A DNA stretch of 63,428 bases, counting the filler, from Octopus bimaculoides (lineage: Eukaryota): the NCBI RefSeq assembly GCF_001194135.2. It is 4 parts of 4 records of this genome, joined end to end, with 100 filler letters (N's around TTAATTAATTAA, not from the genome) between each part and the next. Parts side by side here need not be neighbours in the genome. Positions count along the whole stretch, not along the records: positions 1 to 25,063 come from NC_068992.1; 3 more parts are not named here. The stretch is one strand, 5' to 3'. Positions 1-14,770 of this stretch are shown in pieces (within the stretch, counting starts at the first letter, position 1; each line of letters begins with the position of its first letter). Position numbers and translations under genes: made by a program. Under the pieces are notes generated by a model. That model was given only the letters and a program-made list of their open reading frames with translations, searched no databases and had not been told where the DNA came from.

Positions 1-48
<48 letters not shown>

Positions 49-60
49 ACACTCACACAT
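1..60. repeat. (CA)n microsatellite
   Basis: Near-pure AC dinucleotide run, one of dozens of (CA)n, (TA)n, (TATG)n and (GATA)n tracts in the window. Confidence 0.98.
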
Positions 61-484
61 GTATGTATATATAGTTAGGTTGGTAAACAGTAAAATAAAC
101 TAATTCCTTGCAAGTAATGCTTCCTTCAGAAGCAAAATTTGCAGAGAAGGTATTTCATAAATCGTGTCAGGTAATGACAATGGAGTATCAAACACTTCAA
201 CACTCGACTCTATGTCGCGTGGTTCAATACATTATATGATTTACTTCCTCATTTGGTTCGGAATCTGAATTGTGAGAAGCCACTTACAAAGCAATGATAA
301 ATGGAAATTGATTTCTATTGATTATTGTTCTCACTAGGCCACAAGCTATATTATCGCTAGTGTACCTATATTACAGATTAATTAAACCCTGTTATGGTAT
401 TGATTCTGGTCTCATCTATTCTAAGGGGATTCATGAATAGCAAAGATGACTTCAGAGAGCGCCACATTTATCTGATATTCTTTG

Positions 485-625
485 GTAAAAAGGTAGCTTC
501 CCAACTTCTTAGTTCTGGGTTCAGTCCCACCGCGTGGCACCTTGGACAAGTGACTTCTATTTTAACCTCGAATTTATTAGACAGAACTGAAAAAGAAGCC
601 CGTCGTATAAATATATATATGTATG

Positions 626-668
<43 letters not shown>

Positions 669-690
669 GTATGTATGTATGTATGTACAA
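485..690 (+). mobile_element. tRNA-derived SINE fragment with (TATG)n tail
   Basis: GGGTTCAGTCCCACCGCGTGGCACCTTGGACAAGTG...ACTGAAAAAGAAGCCCGTCGTATA. The same family recurs near 34850-34985, 36070-36240, 36377-36695, 38571-38950 and 60545-60710. Confidence 0.8.
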
Positions 691-789
691 CCTTTAAACT
701 CAAGGAATCATATACAGGCGCTTTGTTCGTCTTCAGACGAGTAACTGCGATCTTCCAGTCCTCATCCGTAACGGGATTAATTTTGAATA

Positions 790-1075
790 CATCGTATATC
801 TGCTTTAAAACTCAAGGAAGTTTTTATTGACCCTTGGTATTTTTGACGTGAGATTTGGACCAAAATTGGTACAAAATCTATTGAATTTCGCAGCAATCAC
901 CTCGTTATACAAATTGTCGCCATTTATTATTACGCAATTCGGATGATTATTAAGAAGCGTGTTTTTAGAAATTGTTATGTTCATGACCGACGACATTTTT
1001 TTAACATTTAATTTCTCTTTTTGAATTCAGCCCGATCATGAGCTTTCTCTTTTTGAGGTCACACCAAGCTGTGCC
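790..1075 (-). mobile_element. Degenerate non-LTR retrotransposon (CR1/L2-like) ORF2 fragment
   Basis: Minus-strand peptide IAAKFNRFCTNFGPNLTSKIP resembles the 'IA.KFN.FF.NIGP.LAS.IP' linker between the endonuclease and RT. Motif recalled, not searched. Confidence 0.45.
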
Positions 1076-1443
1076 GATATAATGTATATATATACATGTG
1101 TGTGTATGTGTGTGTGTATGTATATATATATATATATATATNNNNNNNNNNNNNNNNNNNNNNNNNNNNAGATAGATAGATAGATACAAACATACATACA
1201 TACATACATACATGCAGATATATATATAGATATATATAATTATCCACTTTATTCTTCGACGGCTTCTGTGCCCCAATACATATACATATATATATATATA
1301 TATATACATACATATACGTATGTGTGCATATATGTTCGTGCATGCATGTGTGAGTGTGTGTGTGTGTGTGCGTGTGTGTGTGTGTAGTTGTTTCTCTGTA
1401 TGTGAGTAATTATATGTGCATACAAGGACACACACATATACAC

Positions 1444-1480
<37 letters not shown>

Positions 1481-2389
1481 AATATATATAAATGGGTGGG
1501 TGTGAAATATATGTAGGCATGTACATATTTGTATGTGTATGTGTGCTTTTGTATGGATATAGGCATGCGTGGATTTTTATCTTTTCAAGTCCCGAATTAT
1601 TACTTGTAATGTCATATATTATTCGTGTGATAGCTATAACCTGCAATCGATTGTGTCACTAGCTCTCTTACTCGGTTTCTCATCAACTCCGCAGCATGAT
1701 ATAAAAAGCAAATCTATAAACATACTGGTTCAAGGCATATAACAGTTATTAAATCAGATATGCTTCACTTCTTTCGACCATTTAAACATTTAATAACTGG
1801 CTCTAATTACATAAACGTGTGGTATAAACAATTTCTCAGTTAACAAATTTTATATACTTCAGATTTTTTTCCAGAATATTTATTCCGAAATTCGCTTATT
1901 TATCATTTTTAGTGAATAAAAAATAGAAATGTGAAGAGCTATAAAATAAAATTAATATCGGTTTCTTTTATAGAGATTATTAAATTATGACAATATTCTC
2001 TATGGAAACAAGTTGCAGCCTGTTTTTAACACGATCATCATATAATTGGGTATGTATGCCAAACGCAAAAAGATGGTGTGAAATACACAAATTTGTACAA
2101 CTTGCGTAGCATCAAACTGTACTGTCATGTCTTTAATGATATAAGATGTATATAAAAATATATACTCAGTTTACAGATAGTGCTAATTTCGATATTCTAT
2201 GGTTTTCTGCCATGATCGGAAATTTAAATTTCCTCTAATATATTTTTATGCCAATATATTTATATATACCATTTAACTATTGAGCTTTATCACCGAACAT
2301 AAACCAACACAGGTTGTCAAGCGGGGGAGTGGAGGTAAGCGCAAACACAATGACACAGACACACACACAAACACACAGACACTCACATA

Positions 2390-2468
<79 letters not shown>

Positions 2469-2579
2469 ACACACACGCACACACACACACACACACACAC
2501 AAACGCACAGACACACATGTTTATATATACAGTGAATATAGATATGAAGATTGCTTCCATCACACACCACCAGCTCTGA

Positions 2580-3170
2580 TCAACCATTGCTCCAGATTGA
2601 TCCCCAGATCATCACAGAATAGCTGCCATATTTCATTGTTGGCTGCAATCTTTTCACATCAAATACATGATCACAGAGACGCCAAACCCACCCTCAACCA
2701 CTGAACGAAAATACAGTAATTTGCACTCATCAGAGAATATGACAGTGTCCCAAAATTCTAGTGGCTTCTCCACCATCTCACTGGCCCAGTCTTTTCTTCG
2801 CTTGGTGTTAGGCTGGTCGAAGAGGTGTTTTTTTTTTCATGCTGCTTTGCTATAGTTGCCAACTTTGTGGCGATACCTGACAGCTGTTCTGGGTCTAACA
2901 GAAACTTATTGTTACATCAGAAGCCTTCCATCGAAGATTATCCTCCACACTTCTTTTAGCAGTGAGAAGGGTCCTGTCAGAGGGCCTTCGTTGATCTGGG
3001 TAACGTGATATGGACTCCTTCTCCTCTCTGGTGAATTGCACAATCACTCTACGAACTGTAAAAAGCGGGATTCCAAGATTTTCTGCGATTTTACGCTATG
3101 TCCATCTTCAGAATGACCCACAATACAGCCATTTTGAAATTCAAACAGTTCCAAGCCTTCATTTGTACAT
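2580..3170 (-). mobile_element. Degenerate Tc1-family transposase remnant
   Basis: Minus-strand translation gives KIAENLGIPLFTVRRVIVQF (HTH-like) and RRKDWASEMVEKPLEFWDTVIFSDE (W..VIFSDE, first catalytic Asp), with stops and frameshifts. Confidence 0.8.
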
Positions 3171-3334
3171 GGCATGATTAAACAGTCACATATAGAATCT
3201 GAAATATAATAAAAACTACAAACTTTTACAAGTTAGAATAAACATAAAGCGATGCTTTATGAGGTGTCTGTTTACTTCTGTCATGTCCGTATATATATAA
3301 ATTGAGAAATTATTGCTTCTAAATCTATGAACTG

Positions 3335-3366
<32 letters not shown>

Positions 3367-4006
3367 TNNNNNNNNNNNNNNNNNNNNNNNNNNNNNNNNN
3401 NNNNNNNNNNNNNNNNNNNNNNNNNNNNNNNNNNNNNNNNNNNNNNNNNNNNNNNNNNNNNNNNNNNNNNNNNNNNNNNNNNNNNNNNNNNNNNNNNNNN
3501 NNNNNNNNNNNNNNNNNNNNNNNNNNNNNNNNNNNNNNNNNNNNNNNNNNNNNNNNNNNNNNNNNNNNNNNNNNNNNNNNNNNNNNNNNNNNNNNNNNNN
3601 NNNNNNNNNNNNNNNNNNNNNNNNNNNNNNNNNNNNNNNNNNNNNNNNNNNNNNNNNNNNNNNNNNNNNNNNNNNNNNNNNNNNNNNNNNNNNNNNNNNN
3701 NNNNNNNNNNNNNNNNNNNNNNNNNNNNNNNNNNNNNNNNNNNNNNNNNNNNNNNNNNNNNNNNNNNNNNNNNNNNNNNNNNNNNNNNNNNNNNNNNNNN
3801 NNNNNNNNNNNNNNNNNNNNNNNNNNNNNNNNNNNNNNNNNNNNNNNNNNNNNNNNNNNNNNNNNNNNNNNNNNNNNNNNNNNNNNNNNNNNNNNNNNNN
3901 NNNNNNNNNNNNNNNNNNNNNNNNNNNNNNNNNNNNNNNNNNNNNNNNNNNNNNNACACACACACACACACACACACACAGATAAACACACACACAACAC
4001 ACACAC

Positions 4007-4047
<41 letters not shown>

Positions 4048-4329
4048 GTATATGTATATACAACTTCATAATTCATAAGAATTTACCAACTACGAATTGG
4101 TATAGGTATATATAATTCATGTTTTTAAAACGATTAATTAGCTAGTAATTAATACTTAAAGAAATCTAACTGTCGTTTTAGCCGTTAATTAGTTATGTAT
4201 TACTAATATGAATTAGTTATAAATTACTAATATGCGTTCAATATGTAAAATTCTAGTAAAGCTAAATATAACATATATGTCACGAAGAAGAAAATAAAGT
4301 GGTGAACGGTAGAAGAAGAAAGAGATATT

Positions 4330-4735
4330 GATTTCAAATTTTAGCACAGAGTTATTAACTTTGGGGGAGGGGACAAATTGATTACATCGATCCCAATGTT
4401 CAACTGGCAGCAGTTATTTTGTCGGATTCCAAAAGATAAAAGGCAAAGTTGACCTCGGCAGAATTAGAACTCAGAAAGTAAAGGACGGACGAAATGCTGC
4501 TACGTATTTTGCTCGGCATGCTAACGACTCTTATTTCTTTATTGCCCACAAGGTGCTAAACACAGAGGGGATAATCAAGGACAGACAATGCGTAACTGGT
4601 ACTTAATTTATCGACCCCCGAAAGGATGAAGGGCAAAGTCGACCTCGGCGGAATTTGAACTCAGAACGTAACGGCAGACGAAATACCGCTAAGCATTTCG
4701 CCCGGCATGCTAACGATTCTGCCAGCTCACCCCTC
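4330..4735 (-). mobile_element. Two adjacent copies of a tRNA-derived SINE (MetaSINE-like central block)
   Basis: Repeated GGCAAAGTCGACCTCGGCGGAATTTGAACTCAGAACGTA...AAGCATTTCGCCCGGCATGCTAACG. The family recurs at about 11050, 37350, 43700, 51430, 52090, 52320, 55150, 56640, 56950 and 61281. The MetaSINE label is from memory. Confidence 0.75.
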
Positions 4736-5436
4736 TAATGAAGAAATAATTATTAATATTCAAATGTGTTGTTGGCGGACGTTAGCACGAGAGTTAATAA
4801 CAGAGACAGAGAAAGTTAAGAATGTGAAAAGAACGAGGCAAATATTTTAGGTTAAAATATGAAACCAGATAAAATCTAACGAATATATATCGGATAGAAA
4901 AAATAAGCAAGAAATGAGATATAGAATTTGTAATGATGGGAAAAAATGAATGGATAGTTCACTACATGTAGTTTGAAATTTGTTGCATATAAATGTGAAT
5001 AAATTTTATAAAAATACAAATTGCTAGAATGTTATGGGAATAGCAACAGGCAGCTTTATAAAAAAATTACTCTACTCACAGAAAATATACTTAAACTGAA
5101 AATTAAATAAAAGTATATCAGTGCCAAAATAGATACAAAATTAAATAAATAAACAGATAAACGAAGGAGAAAATAGATTCTTGTTACAATTCCAGATTTA
5201 CGGTAGAACGTGCCACCGCGATACGGGGGAGGTGGGAACTATTTTAATCTGTTTTATAGATATTAGAGAATTCACATAAAATACGACATTCAGATGGTCG
5301 ACGAATGAGATGAAATTTCAAAAAAAAAAAAGAACGAAAATGCAAGAATACATTATAACAAATATAAATATTTTCGTACCGAAAGGGGATAATTAATTGA
5401 ATACTTGAATATATGAAATATAATAATGTTATCGCT

Positions 5437-5510
<74 letters not shown>

Positions 5511-6029
5511 TCTTGCTAGTAAGAAGAGTTAAAACTCTCTAAAACCACGCATGTCTCAATATATGTAAACACGCACGGAGAATGTAGCAATTATAACTTA
5601 TTTGAATTTTGAATTTAACTTGCTCGCTAATGTTCGTTCGGAAGTTGCGGTGCCTTCAGCTGAACAGACGCACATGGAATGGTAAATATATTTTTAAAAA
5701 TATTTTACGTAATAAGCCTAGCTGTTGAGCTTTAAGTGTCAATTCAGCCTAGAAAGCGAAATTAAGTGACTCTGGGATATCTACCTTCCACTTTGTAGTT
5801 TTACAAATTGGGACGACTGTTTCTTCTTTTTCTGTGTTCTCATATAGTGAGAGATGCGTGGCTTTGGAGAGTTTTAACTCTTCTTTCTAGCAAAGACGTG
5901 CATATTGTACCCTGGCTTTTAATATATATTTTGCCTATTTGGTTATATTTGCTGGCATCATTATTTTTTAAAGATAATGATAACTTACTTAAATTTAGAA
6001 TTTTTATCTCCCATTCTTAGCTCTCCTGT

Positions 6030-6250
6030 GTGACCCTTATGTCCGGCATTCGCCATGATAGATCGCTAACCACTACACACATTTTTTCTCTGCTTGTTTC
6101 TCTCCTTGTTTATTCTGTGTTCCTTTCTGTGGAAGAGCGCAGGCTCGAAACGTTAAAAACTTTTTCAATTCCTGATCGTTGTACTAATACATCTGTTTGT
6201 TTTCTACACCACTTGTTTTCGTCTTTTTTTTGTGAATTGTCCCCATATAT
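6030..6250 (+). repeat. Interspersed repeat carrying a hammerhead-ribozyme-like motif (second copy on the - strand at about 25735-25920)
   Basis: CTGTGGAA-GAGC-GCAG-GCTC-GAAA-CGTT at 6127-6154. A homologous reverse copy lies at 25821-25863 within a shared block of about 190 bp. Confidence 0.6.
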
Positions 6251-7367
6251 ATATAAATGTATATATATATATATNNNNNNNNNNNNNNNNNNNNNNNNNN
6301 NNNNNNNNNNNNNNNNNNNNNNNNNNNNNNNNNNNNNNNNNNNNNNNNNNNNNNNNNNNNNNNNNNNNNNNNNNNNNNNNNNNNNNNNNNNNNNNNNNNN
6401 NNNNNNNNNNNNNNNNNNNNNNNNNNNNNNNNNNNNNNNNNNNNNNNNNNNNNNNNNNNNNNNNNNNNNNNNNNNNNNNNNNNNNNNNNNNNNNNNNNNN
6501 NNNNNNNNNNNNNNNNNNNNNNNNNNNNNNNNNNNNNNNNNNNNNNNNNNNNNNNNNNNNNNNNNNNNNNNNNNNNNNNNNNNNNNNNNNNNNNNNNNNN
6601 NNNNNNNNNNNNNNNNNNNNNNNNNNNNNNNNNNNNNNNNNNNNNNNNNNNNNNNNNNNNNNNNNNNNNNNNNNNNNNNNNNNNNNNNNNNNNNNNNNNN
6701 NTGAAGAGCATTCTTATTATTCATGAAATAAAACCAATACGTCTCTGATTTCTTTCTTTATCTTTAAATTACATACCTTTTTGATTGCAGAACGTTTCAT
6801 TTTATAACTGAATTTCTAAAAAAGTCACTGCAGTTAAACAAGTCGAACTGATTGGACATATTAAACATTTGAATTAGAGAGGTCAATTCTTTTGTTTTAA
6901 ATTTAGTTGCCAATTTTAGCTCGTTATATCAAAATTGTACGTCTGTTTTGATTTTACACGTATCATTTCCATATTTTTCGAATTTTCTTTTGTGTTTTGG
7001 TTGTTTTATACCATGTCCTTAATTCAGATGATGAAAATAATATTTCGAATCTCGCAAATAACAAACATTTCAAACAATATATAACTTTCAAGCTGTTGTT
7101 ATATATAATTCAAAAAGTTTTTTAGGAAGAATTCTTGATATCGTCAAAATATCCGATGAAAGGGTTTCTTAAATTAAGTATTATTTATGTTTAACAAAAC
7201 AATTAAAAGGAACAACAAAAAATAAACAGAACAATTCAATTCTTTTTGAAAGACGCGTTCGTTCTATTTTTGCCAAAGATTTCTCATAGAATTAATAACC
7301 TTTAACCTAAGAAAGTATTTCTCAAATGCGCACGCACACACGTACATGTACTTCGGGGAGACTTAGA

Positions 7368-7370
7368 TAA

Positions 7371-7423
<53 letters not shown>

Positions 7424-7590
7424 CAGCTAGATAGATAGATATAGATACATACATACATAGATACATAGATACATAGATACATGCATAATATGCATGTATA
7501 CATAAATACATACATACATACATACATACATACATACATACATAAATACATAGATGCATGCATACATACATATATGCATGCATGTGTACA
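7368..7590. repeat. Compound (GATA)n/(CATA)n microsatellite
   Basis: Direct reading of the sequence. Confidence 0.95.
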
Positions 7591-10500
7591 CATGCATTGA
7601 AATAATGAAAGCGCGACTGCATTGAAATAATGAAAACATGACTTGGGAATTAACCATGGAAACATTGAAGTTTATTAGTCAACCAGATTTTACTGTCTCG
7701 TTCTTTTGTTTTTTTAGCTAGATTGTTTTGTGCATAATTGAAGGTTGAATGTTGTTCAACAGTTTTGCATCTTTTCTCTCATTTGAGTTAATACAGCATT
7801 TAACAGTCGTCTTCAGAATTAATTCCATATACTTTACTTTACCGACAAACTTTTCTGCTCTCGTCTGCAAATTCTAATCAGTGTTCTAACCAGCATATGT
7901 GCCGCATAGATTAAGGAGAAAGTAGGAATGTCACGTATTATTGTAACACATTTTCAGTGTGTCACATGAGAAGAAACCAAAACCACACATGATAAAATAC
8001 TCGTGACATTATGACATTAAACGATGACAGTTTGACGTCCCTTAGAGAATATTTGGATTAGCAATCCTCATGATTGTCATTCTTGTTCTGGCTTAGCCCT
8101 ATTTCAGGGCTTGTTGAGAAAATGGATGACCAAAAATTTTCCAGCCGTGTCTATCTCGCCATTAATATATCGTCCAATGTGCTTTTACATTATTTTGCAT
8201 GCGGTAAAATGTGATTTCAGATAATACATCTACTATTTCTAACACGTTACCATTGTAGAGACCTCATAATTAGCTACTGTGGCTTTCTGAGTGATTTGCA
8301 TTAATTTTTCTAACACTTTTTACATATCAAATGCTTTCATCTTTTAGTGGTATAAACGGTAACCATGCCCATGTAAAATAGCTGCCCCTTACACTTCATA
8401 GGGAATAGCGCAAGGACGAGAGCTTAGCTCTGGGTCAATGATTATAAGCTATGAGAAATAGATCCCCCTACATAGAGCATAGAAGCACGAAGGAAACAAT
8501 GGTAATGTATAACCTACTGCAACAGTTAAACGGAATACAAAACTGTTTACAAGATTCTCTCGCGAAAATATAAAATACAGTCAAAAGATTTTAGAGATGA
8601 ACAAATATTTCATGAACAGTTATTTTACTATGCTATTCAAGCATTCAGCTCTCTTATATCGACAGACGTTCATAATACCTATTTACAGTAGGAAACCTCT
8701 GGTCATTTAGCTAATAACATCAATTACTTGGTAAGTTTTCTATCATAGCTATATCCGTGCTCTGCTAATACTTCTCAGAAACATGTATACTTCAGAATAT
8801 TTATTCTGTTACTTCATTTAATACATTTGGTCTCCCGTTGATCGATATCTTTGACAACAAATTTGGAAGTAATTGTCTGCTTTAATTGCTTTAGTGGGGA
8901 AATTCTGACTATATTTCCTGTGTAATTCCCTCGAATATAAATGAGAAACGATTCGATCAGTATTATGATTCGGATTATATAATCTTATCAACAGACTATG
9001 TAATTATGTACGACAATGTCATGGTTTAATCAGATGAAGAAGCACAGTGCGCACGGACGTTTATAGGAACTCTGTGATTAGTGAAAGGATAGAAAGAAGT
9101 TAACATCTGACTGGAGGACTTGGCTCGAATGCTTGCATAAGAATGAATTCTGCTGTAAGTGAAGAAATGCAAGATGCGTGAATTAAATCGGAGGACATTC
9201 ATTGTATCACCGAGGCACAAGAATTCTCACTTCATCGAGTATTCACACAACTCCATCAACTTCATCAAGTTTCATTCATAAGGCGTTGAAAAGGAGATTT
9301 ATTCAAAGGTTTTGTATAATAGAATAGAAACCGTGACCTCGTAAAAAGGAATGCGAACGTACTAAACCACATTGCTATGCGTACTTGCACACAATATGAT
9401 GGACGGTTGCTTTATGAAACAAAGAAAATCCTAAATCGTGCTCTTTCTATTTCAGTTATTTTCTTACCTACTGAAATTATCAATAAAAATATCTTTCTTT
9501 AGATAAGGCCGTCATCCTCGTCGAGCATCGTACTTTCTTTTGAGCGCGTTGATAATCGTACAGCGCAAGTCTTCCCAATTAAGCGCGATTTCTCCCATCG
9601 GATGAAGCTAAAGCGTTTCTTCCTTCTGACTTCCTCTCCTTAAAGTGTTTTCTTAGCAGAGATATTGAGGTAGTTTGCCATTCATTTCCCCCACTAGATA
9701 AGCTAGTCAATAGGCGTGGGGTGGCGATTGAGTACTACTGGTTTACTTGGTACCAGTTGGTGGTCTTCTCAGCCTGTGATGAGATCCTTGACTTCCTGGT
9801 TGGATAAGAAATAAAAAAGGTATATTGTGAAAAAAAAAAAAAAATGATTATTAAATCACTAAAATACATACTTTAATTTGCAATATATTGTAAGGCATTT
9901 CTTGTGTTAGTCAATGCTGTACTTTTCATGTGTAATTTTCCAATAGCCATACATTGTGAATGAAATTAGTTTGACGGAAAATCATATAGGAGCCAGCCGT
10001 GTAGATTTACGAGAAATTTAAAAGTTATCACAAAGTCACACATCATGTCACGCTGACTCTGCCTGAGAATTGCGTTAAAAGTAATGTGTGATTGTGGATT
10101 GTTTACCCACTTACACGTTACATCATGGGTCAGGTAATTGGAGTTGATTTCAACAAGTGAATCCTCGCCAGCAGTCAACAGCACCAACACCAACACCAAC
10201 ACCAACAAGAATAACGAAGACGACGACGACGATGACGACGACGACGACCACCACCACCACCGCTGTCTATTCGTAGTCCTTTTTTTTTAAAATTTGAGGG
10301 TTGATGTATGAGGTCAAATCCTGCTGAGATCAATATTGAATAATAATTAAAAAAAAAACGTTTGAAATGTTATACAAGAAAAGAAAATGAAAACACACAT
10401 ACTCAAAAATACTGTCGCTGTCTGAGCAAAATTTAGCTGCTATTTCTAACATGCCTACCGAGCGAGTACCAGCTCCTATATTCACGGTGTATTTGTAGTT

Positions 10501-11285
10501 TGTTTTGATGGACCGTATTCGTGAATCTATTTATGGCGTCTTGAAGTATGGTATGCAGTTGAAAGATAAATAACTCTGCTCGGGGTGCAGCAGACAAATC
10601 AATAGTTACAATTCTTATATGAGAATAGACTGTAAATCAAGACTGTTGCTGTTACTCTAGTACAGCTGCAGCTTCTGCTTCAGCTAATATTCTGATTTCA
10701 TCATAAATTTACTGAAATGTTTAATAGTGTTGTATTATACCACGGGGTTTTGCGACGGTAGATATTTCTTTATAAATTTCACCTCTATATTTTCTTGAAA
10801 TGTAAGCTCTAACTTGTCAACTGCAGTTATTGACCGAGTAAAATCGAGTGAACAAAGTTTATTAAACAGCCGTATGAACAATTCCAAAGACCTAGTTTCA
10901 GGCAGCGAAACAATACCAATGTCTGATAGTATTGCAAATTTTGAAAAGATAGTAGAGTCGATTGAATCTGATAGAAATGTTAAGAGCGGTAGATTGCCTC
11001 TACGTGTATCATTACAATTGTTGTTAATAATAATACTTCCTTCTACTTTAGGTGCAAGGCCTGAAATTTTGGATGAAGTGGCTGGTCGATTACGCCGACC
11101 CCAGTACTCAACTGGTACATCGAAAAGGGTGAAAGGCAAACGCGACCTCGACGGAATTTGGACTCAGAACGCTAAATCCTGTGTGCTAACAATTCTGCCA
11201 ACTTGGTGCCTTTTTGGTGTACCACTAGTGAGTAATATATTCGATGTTGGTCAACGCACTCACGAGTTGTTTCGCTTTGCACACA

Positions 11286-11336
<51 letters not shown>

Positions 11337-12299
11337 TCGCACATACATATATACATACATACATACATAACCACACATAGATACATACATACATACATAA
11401 ACACGCATAGATGCACACACCCCTCTGAAAATAAAACGACTAAAAAGCAACGCAAAATATGACGTTAAACAGCCATTAAAATCTCCACCGCTGTAGTTTT
11501 CATAACGATTAAACACTGTTTATGTAATTCATATTGCTGTATATCAAAATATTTATGTTTATCTGTTTTACTTAATTTAGTCAATTCGGGAGATAAACCC
11601 ATCCCAAGACAGCTTTTTATCTAATTAAAATATCGGTGGAGTAAGAAAAAAAAAAATTACAGATCACCAGTTAGATGATGTATGAGATCCCGATTTTCAC
11701 TACGCTTCTATTGAATTATGTTTGCCTTTTCCTCGCTGGGATCAGCAAAATAGATACGGCGAAAAATCTGGAAAAACTAAATCATTGAACAGAAGATATT
11801 ACATATAATATATGAGAAAAATTATTGCATACAATGTTTAAATATTTACATGATGTTATTACTTTGAAATACAACATGAACCATGACAGCATATATTAAC
11901 CAGTTGGTAGGGTAAAAAAAAAACCAAACCCAATAGAGACGAACGTTATTAGGTGGATTAATTTGGCTCAGGCGTTATCTGTGTGGTGAAGGTACTTGAC
12001 TAACACATGGAGCCATGCAATTATAAATGAATGGGTACTGCAAGATTGGAATAGTAGACCTTCTGAGCAGCATGAGCACATTCAAAATGTAAAATATTTA
12101 ATTGCTCTTCCTGATGCAATCAAATCCATGGTTAGTTTTGATTGAGTGGTTCTACTCACAAAGGGGTTCCCCCCATGAACATTTCTTTGGAATCTGCATG
12201 GCAAAGTTTGTTGAATAGTATTGCTAACCGTACATACTTCTAGTATTGTGAATATCGATTCGTTTGCAGTATCTGGCTGAATTATTTATCTTCTAACAA

Positions 12300-13150
12300 C
12301 GTGACATACTCCATGAATCCACAAATAGATTCATGAATACAGTCTACTAAAACAGACCATATAAGATGACAATAAAGGAAAGGAGTCTTTATGCGAAACA
12401 GAATCCTGGAAACGAACCTTATGCGCCTATGGCTCTGGAAGGAGTTATTGTGTATCAAGAAGTACTGTCTCGAAAGTAATAACAGCCTTTGAGAAAGAGG
12501 GAAAAACCTCCTTGTCGAAACAAAACTCGGGAACCCAGTTTCCACAAAAACGGTTCGCCGGGAGCTGCACAGAGCCGGATTTTACAGGAGGGCTGCAATC
12601 AGAAAACCACTACTTTGAAAGCAAACGTTGCAAAGCATTTAGAGTGGTCCCTAGAGCAGTGGAAGAATGTTATTTTCTTGGACAAGTCATCCTTTACCCT
12701 ATTTCCGACCACCGGCCAAATATACGTGTGGAGACAGCCAAAAAAAAAAAAAAGCATTTGACCCAGACTGCCTTCTTCTAACTGTTAAACATGGAGGAAG
12801 ATCTGTGATGACCTGGGGGGGGGGATATATCTTGGAAATCTGCTGACCCAATGGTTTCCTTTCATGGCAGAATTAATAGTCATGATTATTTACGCATTTT
12901 ATCTGATCAAATTCATCCTACGGTTGTGGAACTGTTTCTAAAGTTGTTACTGAATGGCACGAAGAACATTCTAGTCTCCAGATCTCAATATTATTGAACA
13001 TTTATGGTGCATTTTAGAAAAACAAATAAGGAGTTCATATCCTCCACCACCATTCCTACAAGAACTAGAGACTGTTTTAGCTGAAGAATAGACAAAAATT
13101 CCCTTGGAAACAATTCAAACTTTCTATGAGTCCATACCTCGCAAAATTGC
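12300..13150 (+). mobile_element. Degenerate Tc1-family transposase remnant
   Basis: WSLEQWKNVIFLDKSSFTLFP, then TVKHGG, then SPDLNIIEHLW (12977-13008), all Tc1 DDE-domain motifs. Frameshifted. Confidence 0.85.
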
Positions 13151-13695
13151 TGTCTGTAAGGCGTGCGCCCTTAGTACGCTACTTTACGGCAGTAGTTTAT
13201 ACTTTACGGTAGTAGTTTATACTACTACATATGTATAAACACATTCGCGTTTACACTCACACAAACACACCATAATACTTTAAACATATCTAAACTTAAG
13301 TAGCTTCCTTATTAGAACAAAAACACACTCGGTTCTATAGCTTATTAAAATAAATGTATAAATTCCTTTCAGCAGCAACAACATCGGTACCAACAGTTTT
13401 CTCAGTGTTATGGAGATCCCGCTTTGTATTTCATTAACATATTATTGCTTCATGTTATCTATATAGGCGCAGGAACACAGGCACCATAGGCTTTAGCTCT
13501 GATAACGTTTAATCCTTTGTCACATGTATTTAGTAATGCTCCTGAATATTATTATATATTTATATACACATATACATGTATGCACGTATGCATGTATGTG
13601 TGTGTTTTCAATTGGATTTCACATCCATACATACTGTCTATTGTATTCATTTGATTTGCCTGAGAAATTAATATTTCAATAGTCCTCTTTTTATT

Positions 13696-13698
13696 ATT

Positions 13699-13776
<78 letters not shown>

Positions 13777-13778
13777 TT
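13696..13778. repeat. (TAT)n trinucleotide microsatellite
   Basis: Direct reading of the sequence. Confidence 0.97.
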
Positions 13779-14374
13779 CATTATTTTTCCATTTACTTTT
13801 TGTTTTGTTTTTTGTTTTGGCAAAAACTATTCGATTTTGTTTTGTCTCTACAATATTTGCCTTACATTTTTCTTAGCAATTTTTATATATATCGCTTTTC
13901 ATAGAATATGCGTTTCATCCATTGTCTTTTTTGTAACTTTTCTCAACTATTCATATTAATAACATTACTAGCTTTTTTTTTATTTTAGTCAATCATTTAT
14001 TATTTAATAAATAAATAAACACATACAAACATACATACATACATGCCTATGTATGTTGTCTGCTATGCATTCTTTCACACGTTCATATTCTTTTGTAATT
14101 CTTGTAGTGATGTTCCTCATACATTTGCATAGTCGTAATTTGTCATGCTATATGTTTTCTTACATAGTTTTTCTTGTTATGCGTTGTTATTTTTCCATAC
14201 ATTTTCTGAAACATTAATATTTCTATTAATGTCGTTCAAATAGCGCTTTTGTTTTTTCATCATCACATACTTATACGCGTTGTCATCTTATACTTGTAAT
14301 TTTTTTTCTATTTCTTTCTTTTTTGCGAATATCCGTTATAACCAGAAGTCTTTCTTACACAATACTCACGCGCG

Positions 14375-14770
<396 letters not shown>

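Noticed and set aside
9026-9600. Possible minus-strand two-exon signal-peptide gene (donor at 9467, acceptor near 9155)
   Set aside because: Careful translation from the ATG at 9515 hits TGA at 9482-9480, before the donor.
10735-11380. Overlapping 188-aa (+) and 134-aa (-) ORFs as genes
   Set aside because: About half of the + ORF, and part of the - ORF, is SINE and microsatellite. The unique part has no recognisable motif or good splice sites, and open stretches of this length are expected by chance in 63 kb.
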